Shown here in pieces: positions 1 to 10,041 of a stretch of 53,788 bases of DNA (within the stretch, counting starts at the first letter, position 1; every line of letters begins with the position of its first letter). This DNA comes from Rhizobium sp. (GTDB taxonomy: Bacteria > Pseudomonadota > Alphaproteobacteria > Rhizobiales > Rhizobiaceae). The stretch covers positions 1 through 53,788 of the forward strand of contig DAIMJJ010000001.1 of assembly GCA_036722275.1 (NCBI GenBank), read 5' to 3'. The notes beneath the pieces were generated by a model, which did not search any database, was not told the origin of the DNA, and saw nothing but the letters and a program-made list of their open reading frames with translations. The translations under genes and the position numbers were made by a program.

Positions 1-1
1 C

Positions 2-430
2 GCCGACATCGTCGACGGCTTCCTGCTGCGCCTCTGGGGCAATTGCCGCGACATAACCGAACAACGCAATGCCGACGACGAGAAGGCCAATGCCTTGAAG
101 CTGGCGATACGCGCGCTCGACGGCATGCCCGATCCGGTGATCGTGCTCGATGGCGAAGGCAAGGTGATTAACCGAAACAAGGCCTATGCCGCCGCCTTTT
201 CCGGTAGCCGCACGGTCGAGAGCCAGCTTCTCGCCTATGTGCGCACCCACAAGCGGGCGTCCGGCTGGTCGCTGTTTACCAATCCCGGTGGACCGGGGCC
301 CTCCGTCCTCCTCGACGTCCATATCCGCTCGATCACCGGCATGGACGACAAGGCCTGGACGGTTATAACTGTTCGAGAGCGGGAAGCGCATACGCCCAAA
401 AGGGCACCGCGTCCGCCGAAACGGCCGTAA
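2..430 (+). CDS. PAS-domain protein, 5'-truncated by the window edge
   Basis: The frame of ORF 95..430 is open back to base 2 (ADIVDGFLLRLWGNCRDITEQR, a PAC-type RDITE motif), followed by a second PAS-like segment (ALDGMPDPVIVLDGEGKVINRNKAY). No output domain before the stop. Confidence 0.7.
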   Translation, partial: ADIVDGFLLRLWGNCRDITEQRNADDEKANALKLAIRALDGMPDPVIVLDGEGKVINRNKAYAAAFSGSRTVESQLLAYVRTHKRASGWSLFTNPGGPGPSVLLDVHIRSITGMDDKAWTVITVREREAHTPKRAPRPPKRP

Positions 431-433
431 GAG

Positions 434-1885
434 ATGATGACACCGGGCGACATTCCGCAGTTCTACCTAGGCGTCCGGGGGGCGGAGGCGCTCAGTCGCG
501 AAGCCTGGGAGCAGAATATCCAGAGCCCGCAATTCCGGGCCTTTGCCAATCTGCTCCCTGACGGTCTGATGATCGTCGATCCAGACGATGTCGTCGTCTT
601 TCTCAATACCGCTGCCGAGCGTGCCGCCCGGCTCGCCGCCCCCTTCGAAAGCCAGGCGCTTTCGACCTTTCTGCGCTTCTCCGACTTCGATATGGACGAC
701 TTTCTCGCCTCCGCCGAGCGGGGCCATGCCCAGGGACTGGTTCGCGCCAAGATCTCCGGCAAGGTCTATCAGGCCAGCCGCCGCGTCCTCGTCGTCACCG
801 GCTCGGCCAGCGGCTTCTCCGTCTACTTCCTGCGCGACCCGGAAAACCAGGACAGGGCGAAGCGCGGCGTGGCCGGACGCTCGATCTCCGCCGGCGACCA
901 GAAGGAAAGCGCTCGCCTGCTCTTTCCCGAGGGTCTGAAAACCCAGATCGAACAGGCGGTCCGCGCCTATGCCCGCAATTTCCGCATCCTGCTCCTCGGC
1001 GAATCCGGCGTCGGCAAGACAGCCATTGCCCGCCACATCCATCTGACCGGTGGCGATCGCGGCCGCCCCTTCGTCCACGTCAACTGCGGCTCGATCCCGG
1101 AAACGCTGTTCGAGTCGGAAATGTTCGGCTACGAGCGCGGCGCCTTTACGGGCGCCCTCCAGGCCGGCAAGCGTGGCTATATCGAGAGTGCCGCCGGCGG
1201 GACGCTGTTCCTCGACGAGATCGGGGAAATCCCGCTGTCGTCGCAGCCGAAACTCCTGAAATTCCTGGAGGACGGCACCATCCAGCCGGTTGGCTCGTCC
1301 GTGTCGAAGAAGATCGAGACGCGGGTCATCACCGCCACCAATCGCGATCTGACCGAAATGACCCGGCAGGGCGGCTTCCGCAAGGATCTGCTCTATCGCC
1401 TGTCGACCTTCCCGGTCGAGATCCCGCTCTTGCGCAATCGGCCGGACAAGGCGGAGATCCTCGACATGATGCTGGAGCGGGCCAGCAACGAACGCGGAGC
1501 CCCGCTCAAGCTGTCGGCCGCCTGCCGGGCGATCCTCATGCGTCACCCCTTCCCCGGCAATCTGCGGGAGATGAAGAGCGTGGTGGACTACATCGACATC
1601 GTCGCTTCGGACATCGCGCTGCCGGAACACCTGCCACCGTCTTTCGCGCGTGCGCAGTCCGCAGTCGCGGCTGAGCCTGGCGAGCCTGCCACCTCACCCA
1701 ATGCCGAGCCGGCGATGGCCGACACCGAAACCGCAGGGCGGAGCCTGAAGGACCGGACACGCGCCTTCGAGGAGCGGATCATCAACGAGGCCCTCGACCG
1801 CCTAGGCTCCAAGCGGGCCGCCGCCAAGGAACTGGGCGTCGACATCGCCACCATCGTACGCAAGACCAACCGCGCCGCCGAGTGA
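434..1885 (+). CDS. Sigma-54-dependent transcriptional activator (PAS + AAA+ + HTH)
   Basis: Walker A GESGVGKT, intact GAFTGA loop, Walker B LFLDEIGE, FPGNLREM, C-terminal HTH (AAAKELGVDIATIVRK), N-terminal PAS-like segment. Confidence 0.93.
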   Translation: MMTPGDIPQFYLGVRGAEALSREAWEQNIQSPQFRAFANLLPDGLMIVDPDDVVVFLNTAAERAARLAAPFESQALSTFLRFSDFDMDDFLASAERGHAQGLVRAKISGKVYQASRRVLVVTGSASGFSVYFLRDPENQDRAKRGVAGRSISAGDQKESARLLFPEGLKTQIEQAVRAYARNFRILLLGESGVGKTAIARHIHLTGGDRGRPFVHVNCGSIPETLFESEMFGYERGAFTGALQAGKRGYIESAAGGTLFLDEIGEIPLSSQPKLLKFLEDGTIQPVGSSVSKKIETRVITATNRDLTEMTRQGGFRKDLLYRLSTFPVEIPLLRNRPDKAEILDMMLERASNERGAPLKLSAACRAILMRHPFPGNLREMKSVVDYIDIVASDIALPEHLPPSFARAQSAVAAEPGEPATSPNAEPAMADTETAGRSLKDRTRAFEERIINEALDRLGSKRAAAKELGVDIATIVRKTNRAAE

Positions 1886-1976
1886 CCGCGCTTCCGTGAC
1901 CATCCGCCTCAGGCTGCGTCCCATCCTGGCCGGGTCATCGTTTTCCGTCTGCGTTTCATCAGCATCTGAATAGCGA

Positions 1977-2010
1977 AAGGGCCGGACCATCCTTGGATGA
2001 CCCGGCCCTT
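1977..2010. terminator. Hairpin between convergent genes, possible bidirectional terminator
   Basis: AAGGGCCGG..CATCC-TT-GGATG..CCGGCCCTT inverted repeat; no strong U-tract. Confidence 0.4.
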
Positions 2011-2061
2011 CGTACTGTTCTGGTGGCGACCTGGTCTCATACCGGACCACCACGTGAGCCT

Positions 2062-2844
2062 TTACTGCTTCTGCCGCAGCATGCTGACGGAGCTCAGGAT
2101 CAGCGCCAGCGATGCCACCACGATCAGCGCCCCGATGGCATTGATCTCCGGCGTAATGCCGCGCCGCAGCGTCGAGTAGATATACATCGGCAGCGTGACG
2201 TCGCGTCCGGTCAGGAAGTAGGTGACCGGGATTTCGTCGAAGGACAGCGTGAAGCAAAGCAGTGCCGAGCCGATGATCGCCGAGCGGATGTTCGGCAGCG
2301 TCACGTAGAAGAAGGTCTCGATGGCGGTGGCACCCAGGTCGGAACTGGCCTCGGAGAGATTGCGGTTGACCTTTTCAAGTCTGGCCAGGACCTGCCCGAC
2401 GACAATGCCGACCAGGGCCGTGGCATGGCCGATAATGACTGCGCCGAGGCTCTGCGGCAGACCGATCTGTTTGTAGAAGTTCAGCATGGCGATACCGGTG
2501 ACGATGCCCGGCAAGGACAGGGGCAAGAGGATCGTGTTCTTGAACAGCTGCTTGCCGACGAAGGGATAGCGATCGAGCGCCAGAGCCGCCGGCACGCCAA
2601 TGACAATGGTGAGCACCGTCGCCGACAGCGCGACAATCAGACTGTTCTTCAGAGCCTTCAGAAGATCCTGATTTGCGAAGACCTTCTGGTACCAGCCCCA
2701 GGTGAAGCCCGAGAGCGGGAAGGAGGTCACGGGACTGTCGTTGAAGGAGAACAGGATCAGGATCGCAACAGGGATGTAGAGAAACAGCAGAGCCCCGACT
2801 GCGACGCCGACGAGACTTTTCTGCCACCAGAGAAGCTTATGCAT
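2062..2844 (-). CDS. Polyamine-type ABC transporter permease (PotC-like)
   Basis: FLYIPVAILILFSFN N-terminus, EAA loop EASSDLGA, SFDE motif, ITPEINA. Confidence 0.9.
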   Translation of the reverse strand: MHKLLWWQKSLVGVAVGALLFLYIPVAILILFSFNDSPVTSFPLSGFTWGWYQKVFANQDLLKALKNSLIVALSATVLTIVIGVPAALALDRYPFVGKQLFKNTILLPLSLPGIVTGIAMLNFYKQIGLPQSLGAVIIGHATALVGIVVGQVLARLEKVNRNLSEASSDLGATAIETFFYVTLPNIRSAIIGSALLCFTLSFDEIPVTYFLTGRDVTLPMYIYSTLRRGITPEINAIGALIVVASLALILSSVSMLRQKQ

Positions 2845-2855
2845 GATCTACCCCC

Positions 2856-3725
2856 TCAACCCATCGAGACGCGGCCGGCGCGATCGAGCCTGCTTGAAAC
2901 CTGCAGGACGATGAGCACCAGGGTGAAGATGACGACGGCAAGGGCCGATCCGAGCGGCCAGTTGAGCGCCGCGCCGAACTGGCTTTGCAGGACCGTGGCA
3001 ACCATGGTGCCGCTCGGCCCGCCGACCAGCACGGGCGCGACGAAATCGCCGAAGGACAAGCAGAACGTCATTGTCGCGCCGGCAACCACGCCGGCGGTGG
3101 ACAAGGGCATGATGACCCGGATGAAGGTCTCGAAAGGTCCGGCTCCGAGATCCTGCGAGGCCTCGATCAACGCAGGTGGAATGCGCTCCAGCGCAGTAAA
3201 GATCGGCATGACCATGAAGGGGATGAAAATATAGGTGAGGGTGATCACCATGGCTGCCTGATTGTAGAGGAAGATGTCGAGCGGCTGATCGACCAGCCCA
3301 AGCCACAGCAGGGCGGAATTCAGCGCCCCGTCGGTGCCCAGAATAATCTTCCAAGTATAGGCGCGCAGCAGATAGGACACCCAAAGCGGCACCACCACGC
3401 ACATGTAAAGCAGCGTGCGCAGCTTCTCTGAGCGAATGGTGAAGACGAGGAAATAGGCGAGCGGATAGCCGAGCAGCACCGAGTAGACGGTGACCAGTCC
3501 GGCGATCTTCAGCGTCCGCAGGATGACCGTCAGATACTGCGGATCGGAGAACAGGATGAAATAGTTACCCCACTGGAAATCGGGGACAAACAAGGGAAAT
3601 TTGCGCGTCCAGAAACTCATCATGCCCATCGCGCCATAGGGCAGGATCAGGAAGATCAGCGTCCACAGCAACGGCAGCGAAAAGAGCAGCCAGAAGCCGG
3701 CAGCCTTGCGGGTGCTTGCTTTCAT
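2856..3725 (-). CDS. Polyamine-type ABC transporter permease (PotB-like)
   Basis: GYPLAY, VVPLWVSYLLRAYTW, EASQDLGA, NWPLGSALA. Confidence 0.9.
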   Translation of the reverse strand: MKASTRKAAGFWLLFSLPLLWTLIFLILPYGAMGMMSFWTRKFPLFVPDFQWGNYFILFSDPQYLTVILRTLKIAGLVTVYSVLLGYPLAYFLVFTIRSEKLRTLLYMCVVVPLWVSYLLRAYTWKIILGTDGALNSALLWLGLVDQPLDIFLYNQAAMVITLTYIFIPFMVMPIFTALERIPPALIEASQDLGAGPFETFIRVIMPLSTAGVVAGATMTFCLSFGDFVAPVLVGGPSGTMVATVLQSQFGAALNWPLGSALAVVIFTLVLIVLQVSSRLDRAGRVSMG

Positions 3726-4840
3726 GCGGCGTCCTCCGCTCGATAGACGAGTACGTCCAGCGGCGCGACATGGAACTCCATGCGATGGCCCGGCTGTGGC
3801 ACGTTGCCGTCTGCAGCGACGGTGTTGCGGGCGATGTCGATGAAGATCGGCGCATCGACCCCGTCGAGACGGGCCTCGAGCTGGAAGCGCCCGCCGTGGA
3901 ACATCTGGTTCTTGATCGTGGCGGCAAGCACCGATTGGCCGTCAGACTTCTGGCCGGCCTGCATGCGCTCGGGGCGAATGGCGACGAGGGCCTTGTCACC
4001 CTCCTTGAGCCCCTGCCCCGGCTGCACCTCGACGCCCGAGATCAGCGTGCCGTCGGGCAGCCGCACCTTGGCGACATCACCCTCGCGTCCGGCAAAGGTG
4101 CAGGCGATCAGGTTCGCCGCGCCGATGAAGTCGGCGACATAGGGGCTGGCGGGACGGTCGTAGAGTTCGGACGGCGAGCCGATCTGGGCGATGCGGCCGC
4201 CCTGCATCACGGCGATGCGATCCGACAGCACCAGCGCTTCCTCCTGGTCATGGGTGACCATCAGGAAGGTGATGCCGAGCTTCTGGTGAAGATGCTTGAG
4301 TTCGACCTGCATGGCCTCGCGCAGCTTCACGTCGAGGGCCGACAGTGGCTCGTCGAGCAGCAGAACCTTCGGCTGGCGAACCAGCGCCCGGGCCATGGCA
4401 ACACGCTGGCGCTGGCCGCCGGAGAGCTGCTGCGGCATGCGCTCGGCCTTGTCGGCGAGGCCGACAAGGGCAAGCGCTTCGGCTACGCGCCGCACCCGCT
4501 CATCCTTGGGCTTGCGATTGGCGCGGACCGTCAGGCCGTAGCCCACATTCTCGGCGACCGTCATATGGGGAAACAGCGCATAGTCCTGGAACACCGTGTT
4601 GATGTCGCGACGATAGGGCGGTTCCTGGGTCACATCGGAGCCGGCCAGCGTGATCCGGCCCTTGTCGGCGGTTTCGAAGCCGCCGATCAGGCGAAGCGTC
4701 GTCGTCTTGCCGCAGCCCGAGGGGCCGAGCAGGGTTACGAATTCGCCCGTCCCGATTTCGAGGTTGATATTGTGGAGAGCGGTGAAGGTACCGTAGGCCT
4801 TCATCACGTTTTCCAAGGTTACGATCGGTTGCAGCGCCAT
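3722..4840 (-). CDS. Polyamine-type ABC transporter ATP-binding protein (PotA-like)
   Basis: [34 protein letters not shown]. Start trimmed to the ATG at 4840 (MALQP), which has an AAGGA RBS. Confidence 0.92.
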   Translation of the reverse strand: MALQPIVTLENVMKAYGTFTALHNINLEIGTGEFVTLLGPSGCGKTTTLRLIGGFETADKGRITLAGSDVTQEPPYRRDINTVFQDYALFPHMTVAENVGYGLTVRANRKPKDERVRRVAEALALVGLADKAERMPQQLSGGQRQRVAMARALVRQPKVLLLDEPLSALDVKLREAMQVELKHLHQKLGITFLMVTHDQEEALVLSDRIAVMQGGRIAQIGSPSELYDRPASPYVADFIGAANLIACTFAGREGDVAKVRLPDGTLISGVEVQPGQGLKEGDKALVAIRPERMQAGQKSDGQSVLAATIKNQMFHGGRFQLEARLDGVDAPIFIDIARNTVAADGNVPQPGHRMEFHVAPLDVLVYRAEDAA

Positions 4841-4879
4841 AGGCAAGTCCTTGGTCGGTCGAAAATGAACAGCGGAAAG

Positions 4880-4902
4880 CACCGCCGGCCGGGCCGGCGG
4901 TG
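4880..4902. other. Intercistronic GC-rich hairpin 3' of the binding-protein gene
   Basis: CACCGCCGGCC-G-GGCCGGCGGTG perfect inverted repeat. Confidence 0.55.
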
Positions 4903-4925
4903 ACAGGGATCGCTCTGATCGGTCT

Positions 4926-5990
4926 TCAGGGAGCGGCCTTAACGGCGTTCCAGACTTCAAGATACTTGTCGAGGCGAGCCGGCATCTGCCACATTACCAG
5001 GCTCTTCACGAACTCGATGTTGTTGACCTTCTTGGCCTCTGCATCCGCGCCGGTCAGGCAGCCGGCAACCGCCTTCGGATTGACCGGGAAATAGCCGGTC
5101 GAGCCGACGATGCCGCACTGGCCGTCGGCCGAGAGCATGTAGGAGAAGAACTTGTAGGCGCAGTCCTGGTTCGGGCTGTCCTTGACGAGTTGCATGGAGT
5201 CCATCCAGCCTTCGGCCTTTTCCTTCGGTGTGAATTCAACCACCTCGAAGCCCTTGTTGAGCGCATTGATTTCCTTGCTCTGCAGGCCCGTCCAGGTATT
5301 GGAGACCCAGACTTCCTGGTTGGCGTAGAGCTCGGTCAGCTCGCCGGCCGTCGCCCAGTACTTGCGGATCAGCGGCTTCTGCTCGATCAGCTTCTGCTGT
5401 ACGGCAGCCAGCTGCTCGTCGGTGAGGTCGTAGACGTTTTCGAAGCCGAGCAGGCGCGCGGTCCAGTAGAGCGACGACTTGTCGTCCCACATGGCGATCT
5501 TGCCCTTGTACTTCTCATCGAACAGCACACCGATCGAATCCGGCTTCGGATCGACCTTGTCGGCGCGATACATCAGCGAGATGGACCCCCAGACGAGCGG
5601 CACGGACCAGACCGAACCTTCGGCCGTGACATCGTTGGCACCGGTGAATTCCGGATACACGTCGCCCCAGCCTTCGATCTTGGCGGTGTCGATCGGCTCG
5701 ACGAAACCGGCCTGGCGCATCAGGCCGATGGTGTCGATGGACGGCACGATGATGTCGTAGACACCGCCGCCTGCAGCGAGCTTGGGAGCGAAGTCGTCAT
5801 TGGAGCCGACATAGGTCGAGTTGGTCTTGCAGCCGGAGGCTTCCTCGAACTTCGGGATGAAGGACTGGTCGGCATAGCCCTCCCAGGTCAGGATATTCAG
5901 TTCGCCGGCACTGGCAAAGGAGGGTGCCGCGACGGCTGCCGCCGACACCAGGGATAGCCAAGCCCGGCTCCGCCCGTGAGATTTCGTCAT
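4926..5990 (-). CDS. Polyamine-type ABC transporter substrate-binding protein (PotD/PotF-like)
   Basis: Signal peptide ending ASA, then ELNILTWEGY, YDIIVPS, PKEKAEGWMDS. Confidence 0.88.
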   Translation of the reverse strand: MTKSHGRSRAWLSLVSAAAVAAPSFASAGELNILTWEGYADQSFIPKFEEASGCKTNSTYVGSNDDFAPKLAAGGGVYDIIVPSIDTIGLMRQAGFVEPIDTAKIEGWGDVYPEFTGANDVTAEGSVWSVPLVWGSISLMYRADKVDPKPDSIGVLFDEKYKGKIAMWDDKSSLYWTARLLGFENVYDLTDEQLAAVQQKLIEQKPLIRKYWATAGELTELYANQEVWVSNTWTGLQSKEINALNKGFEVVEFTPKEKAEGWMDSMQLVKDSPNQDCAYKFFSYMLSADGQCGIVGSTGYFPVNPKAVAGCLTGADAEAKKVNNIEFVKSLVMWQMPARLDKYLEVWNAVKAAP

Positions 5991-6089
5991 TTTGTTCCCT
6001 TTCTGGTTCTAGCGGTTTCCGCTGTCCGTTCGACCGCTTCTTGCGACGGTTCCGACGGCACCGATCCGTTGATCGGCATGACAAGACGA

Positions 6090-6105
6090 AGCAATCATCG
6101 TGCCA
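6090..6105 (-). promoter_or_regulatory. Sigma-54 (-24/-12) promoter of the ABC operon
   Basis: Minus strand reads TGGCACGATGATTGCT, an exact match to TGGCACG-N4-TTGCW, about 100 bp upstream of the ATG at 5990. Confidence 0.88.
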
Positions 6106-6355
6106 TCCACCAAAGGGAACAATTACCCATTGGTTTACAAGGAGATAGAATTTCTAGCCTGAGACAAGGCCGCCAGCCGATGCAAAATCGCAGCATAAGC
6201 CCGGAAAATATCATCGCGCTTTGTTGTCGCAGGTCCTGGAAGCGATGCACATTTGATGCCCGCAGTCGCCGGGCTTGGCAGACAAGCGCCTGAACGTAGA
6301 CGGCCCGGACGGTCTTCACCGCCCGGGCCCGGTCCGTTACGTCTGCGACGAGACC

Positions 6356-9295
6356 TTAGGCGGTCTGATCCTCGGCATCCTTGGCGACCGTCGGCCGCTG
6401 CGACAGGATCTCGCGCTTGCCGACATGGTTCGGCGCGCCGACAAGGCCTTCCTGTTCCATCCGCTCGACCAGCGATGCCGCGCGGTTGTAACCGATGGAG
6501 AGCCGGCGCTGGATGTAGGACGTCGAGCACTTCTTGTCGCGCAGCACCACCTTGACCGCCCGCTCGTAGAGCTCGTCGGAATCGCCTTCGGCGCCCATGG
6601 CAGTATTGTCGAACACCGCGCTGTCTTCGTCCTCCTCGCAGACACCATCTTCGCTATCTTCGGTAACGCTGCCGAGATAGGCCGGCTGCCCCTGGGTCTT
6701 CAGGTGCGCGACGACCTTCTCCACCTCATGGTCGGAGACGAATGGCCCGTGCACGCGGGAGATACGCCCCCCGCCGATCATGTGCAGCATATCGCCCTGG
6801 CCGAGCAGATGTTCGGCACCCTGTTCGCCGAGAATTGTGCGGCTGTCGATCTTCGACGTGACCTGGAAGGAGATACGTGTCGGGAAGTTGGCCTTGATCG
6901 TGCCGGTGATGACGTCGACCGAGGGGCGCTGCGTGGCCATGATCAGATGGATGCCGGCGGCGCGCGCCATCTGCGCCAGCCGCTGGATCGCGCCTTCGAT
7001 CTCCTTGCCGGCGACCATCATCAGGTCGGCCATTTCGTCGACGATGACCACGATATAGGGCAAGGCCGTCAGGTCGAGTTCCTGATCCTCAAAAATCGGT
7101 TCTCCGGTACCCTTGTCGAAACCGACCGGCGTCGGAAGCATGATCGTCTCGCCCTTGGCACGCGCCTCCGCCACCCGGGCGTTGAAGCCGTCGATGTTGC
7201 GGACGCCGAGCCGCGACATCTTGCGATAGCGCTCCTCCATCTCGCGCACGGCCCATTTGAGCGCCAGGACCGCTTTCTTCGGATCGGTGACCACCGGCGT
7301 CAGCAGATGCGGAATGCCGTCATAGACCGAAAGCTCGAGCATCTTCGGATCGACCATGATCAACCGGCATTCCTCCGGCCGCAGATTGTAGATCAGCGAC
7401 AGGATCATGGTGTTGATGGCGACGGACTTGCCCGAGCCGGTGGTGCCGGCCACGAGCAGATGCGGCATTTTCGCGAGCTCGGCGATGACCGGTTCGCCGC
7501 CGATCGTCTTTCCGAGGCAGAGCGGCAGGCGGAAGTCGGTGCCGACGTAGCTGCTGCTTTCGATCAGCTCGCGCAGGAAGACGGTCTCACGCTCGACATT
7601 CGGCAGCTCGATGCCGATGACGTTGCGGCCGGGCACGACGGCCACGCGGGCCGAGAGCGCCGACATGGAGCGAGCGATGTCGTCGGAGAGGTTGATGACT
7701 CGCGACGACTTGACGCCCGGTGCCGGTTCGAACTCGTAGAGGGTGACGACCGGGCCCGGGCGCACGTCGATGATCTCGCCCTTCACGCCGAAATCTTCGA
7801 GAATGCTCTCGAGCAGGCCGGCGCTTTGCTCCAGCGCTTCCTGGCTCATCATGCCGGCAAGCCGCGGTCCGGGCGCCTGCAACAGCTCGACCGACGGGAA
7901 GAGATAGTCTTCCGTCTGGACATAGGACAAAGGTCCGGGCGTGCGGCGCGCCGACGAACGAACGAAGGAGACATCCGGGGAAACATCGACCAGAGGCTCG
8001 GCAGCCCCCTGTGGCATGACCTCGATCGGCTGCTCCGTCACCACCGGATGCGGGACGGGCGGAGTACCGGCAGGCACGGTGTGCAGCGTCCGACGCAGCT
8101 CGACGCTGCGATAGAGATGCACAGCCGACGGCGGCTCGGCCATCGGAGCGGTGACGACCGCGGGAGCCTGCGGAACAAGAGCCTTTACCCGGGGCACAAA
8201 CCGGGTCGGACGCTGGTGATCATTCTGAGCTTCGTCGGCGGCGGTCGGCGGCGGCATGCGCACTACGGTGGCCATCACGGGCGCCAAAGGTGCCGTCCGG
8301 GGCACCGGCGGCATGGCCGGGGCCGAAACAACGGCCGCAGGCCGCGGATCGGCAGAGCGGCGGGATAAGGCCTCAGACGGCCGCGGCGACGCCGGGCGCG
8401 AGACGGGCAACGCATCCGCGCTTTCCGAGGCGCCAAGAGACATCATCTCCCACAGCAGATGGTCGGGAATTGCCGTTACGGGGCGTGCCGGAGAGGCCGC
8501 CGCTCTCGCCGCGACCGGTGCCGCTGCCTGGCCGGCGGTCTGAATGGGTGGCCGCGTTGGCACCGCCACGGGTTGCGCGGGCATCGACATGATCTGCGGC
8601 GCAGGCTGCGCGGAAGCGGTCGAAGTCTCTGTCGTGGTCGACGCGGCCATCCGCGATGCAGGCGACGGGGAAGGCGCAGGCCCTGCAGGCGCTGGGGCAA
8701 CCGCCTGCGGCGCTTGACCTGCCGGCGTCCTCTGCTGGGCGGCCGCATGTGCCGCCTCCGCACGCAACGCCTCGCGGATCGGCCGCGGCGGCACGCGCAG
8801 GGGAGCGCCGGTGCGCGGCGGGAGCACGAAGGATGGGGCCGATGCCTTGTCCGCAGCCGGCGCGGGCCGGGCCGGCTCGGAACCGTGCGACAGCGCCTCG
8901 GCAATCTGCCGCTGCAGATCACCGACGGGCGAGCCTTCGACCTTGGCCGGCGGCGTGAAGGTGGGATTGCCGCGGCCCAGCACATAGCCGGAGGGTGTCG
9001 CGGCCACGCGGGCGGGAGCATCCGAGGCCGGAGCACGCGGGGCGTCGGCGGCCTCGCCCTTCAGCACGGCCGGGCCGGGCGTGCGACCGAAACGCACATT
9101 CGGCCCCAGAATGAAGGCGCGCTGCCAGACCGGCAGCTTCTCGGGGTCGAGGATCACGGCATCGCCAGCCCCGGCATCAGCCGCCGGAATCGTTGCGGCA
9201 GCCTTTTCGGGGCGCTGTCCGGCTGCAGCCGAAGCGGCGTCGTGATCGTCATCATTGCGATTGGAAAGCGGGGCACGGGAGGGGGGAAATTGCAT
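6356..9295 (-). CDS. ftsK: FtsK/SpoIIIE DNA translocase paralog (ftsK2-type) without N-terminal membrane domain
   Basis: [44 protein letters not shown], gamma domain [17 protein letters not shown]. The N-terminal half is Pro/Ala-rich with no hydrophobic helices. Start is 9295 or 9325. Confidence 0.92.
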   Translation of the reverse strand: MQFPPSRAPLSNRNDDDHDAASAAAGQRPEKAAATIPAADAGAGDAVILDPEKLPVWQRAFILGPNVRFGRTPGPAVLKGEAADAPRAPASDAPARVAATPSGYVLGRGNPTFTPPAKVEGSPVGDLQRQIAEALSHGSEPARPAPAADKASAPSFVLPPRTGAPLRVPPRPIREALRAEAAHAAAQQRTPAGQAPQAVAPAPAGPAPSPSPASRMAASTTTETSTASAQPAPQIMSMPAQPVAVPTRPPIQTAGQAAAPVAARAAASPARPVTAIPDHLLWEMMSLGASESADALPVSRPASPRPSEALSRRSADPRPAAVVSAPAMPPVPRTAPLAPVMATVVRMPPPTAADEAQNDHQRPTRFVPRVKALVPQAPAVVTAPMAEPPSAVHLYRSVELRRTLHTVPAGTPPVPHPVVTEQPIEVMPQGAAEPLVDVSPDVSFVRSSARRTPGPLSYVQTEDYLFPSVELLQAPGPRLAGMMSQEALEQSAGLLESILEDFGVKGEIIDVRPGPVVTLYEFEPAPGVKSSRVINLSDDIARSMSALSARVAVVPGRNVIGIELPNVERETVFLRELIESSSYVGTDFRLPLCLGKTIGGEPVIAELAKMPHLLVAGTTGSGKSVAINTMILSLIYNLRPEECRLIMVDPKMLELSVYDGIPHLLTPVVTDPKKAVLALKWAVREMEERYRKMSRLGVRNIDGFNARVAEARAKGETIMLPTPVGFDKGTGEPIFEDQELDLTALPYIVVIVDEMADLMMVAGKEIEGAIQRLAQMARAAGIHLIMATQRPSVDVITGTIKANFPTRISFQVTSKIDSRTILGEQGAEHLLGQGDMLHMIGGGRISRVHGPFVSDHEVEKVVAHLKTQGQPAYLGSVTEDSEDGVCEEDEDSAVFDNTAMGAEGDSDELYERAVKVVLRDKKCSTSYIQRRLSIGYNRAASLVERMEQEGLVGAPNHVGKREILSQRPTVAKDAEDQTA

Positions 9296-9593
9296 GTTAC
9301 GCCAGACCATCAAACAAGCTGTCACACCTGTTCCGTTAATAGAAAGAAAACCTTAACCAGGTCTTTCCAGCGACTGCGAAAGGGGGATACGAGCGCTCTG
9401 ATCCTTCCCGGAAAACGACGGGAACATGTAGCCAAAACCCCGGCTTTTCAGCATGTCTGCACAGACGCCGGGCGACCTGAAAAAAACTTCGCACCTCCGC
9501 AGGACATTGACGAAAAGCATAGGGAATAATATATCTTTTTTGCGCGGCACAATTCTGTGACGGCGTCACGATCACAATGGCACAGACCTCTCG

Positions 9594-10022
9594 ATGCAAC
9601 TGACGCGCTTCTCGGACTATGGCTTGCGGCTGATGATGATGGCTGCGGCCAACAGCGACCGGCGCATCACCATCGAAGAAACCGCCAGAGCCTACGACAT
9701 CTCACTCGCCCATCTGATGAAGGTCGCGCAATTGCTCGTGCGGGAGGGCTTTCTGAAAGGCTCTCGCGGTCGCACCGGGGGCCTGTCTCTCGCCCGTCCT
9801 GCCGAAAGCATCACCATTGGCGAGCTGGTACGGGCGACCGAAACCGATTTCGCGATCGTCGAATGCATGGGTCCGGGCAATCAATGCCGCATCACGCCGG
9901 GTTGCCGGCTCCGCGGCGTGCTGGGCGAAGCCCTCGCTGCCTTCCTGCAGGTCCTCGACCGCCACACCCTTGCGGAACTCGCGTTAAGGCCCGAGGATTT
10001 CGGCTTTCCGCGCGCGGCCTGA
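9594..10022 (+). CDS. Rrf2-family Fe-S regulator, NsrR-like
   Basis: MQLTRFSDYGLRLMM, HLMKV, RGRTGGLSLARPAESITIG, three Cys in ECMGPGNQCRITPGCRL. Confidence 0.85.
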   Translation: MQLTRFSDYGLRLMMMAAANSDRRITIEETARAYDISLAHLMKVAQLLVREGFLKGSRGRTGGLSLARPAESITIGELVRATETDFAIVECMGPGNQCRITPGCRLRGVLGEALAAFLQVLDRHTLAELALRPEDFGFPRAA

Positions 10023-10041
10023 CAAACCGGCCGAACCGGCA

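Noticed and set aside
6275..8368. 697-aa plus-strand ORF and similar long ORFs (467..1630, 13341..14861, 20016..21773, 31586..33001, 47468..49441)
   Set aside because: Antisense shadows of well-supported genes, expected in high-GC coding DNA; no recognisable motifs.
7900..9295. Pro/Ala-rich stretch as a tandem repeat or separate gene
   Set aside because: No periodic DNA unit is visible, and it is in frame with the FtsK motor.
9556..9576. TGTGA-CGGCG-TCACG as a CRP/Clr site
   Set aside because: The spacer is 5 rather than 6 bp; the palindrome GTGACG-G-CGTCAC is real but cannot be assigned.
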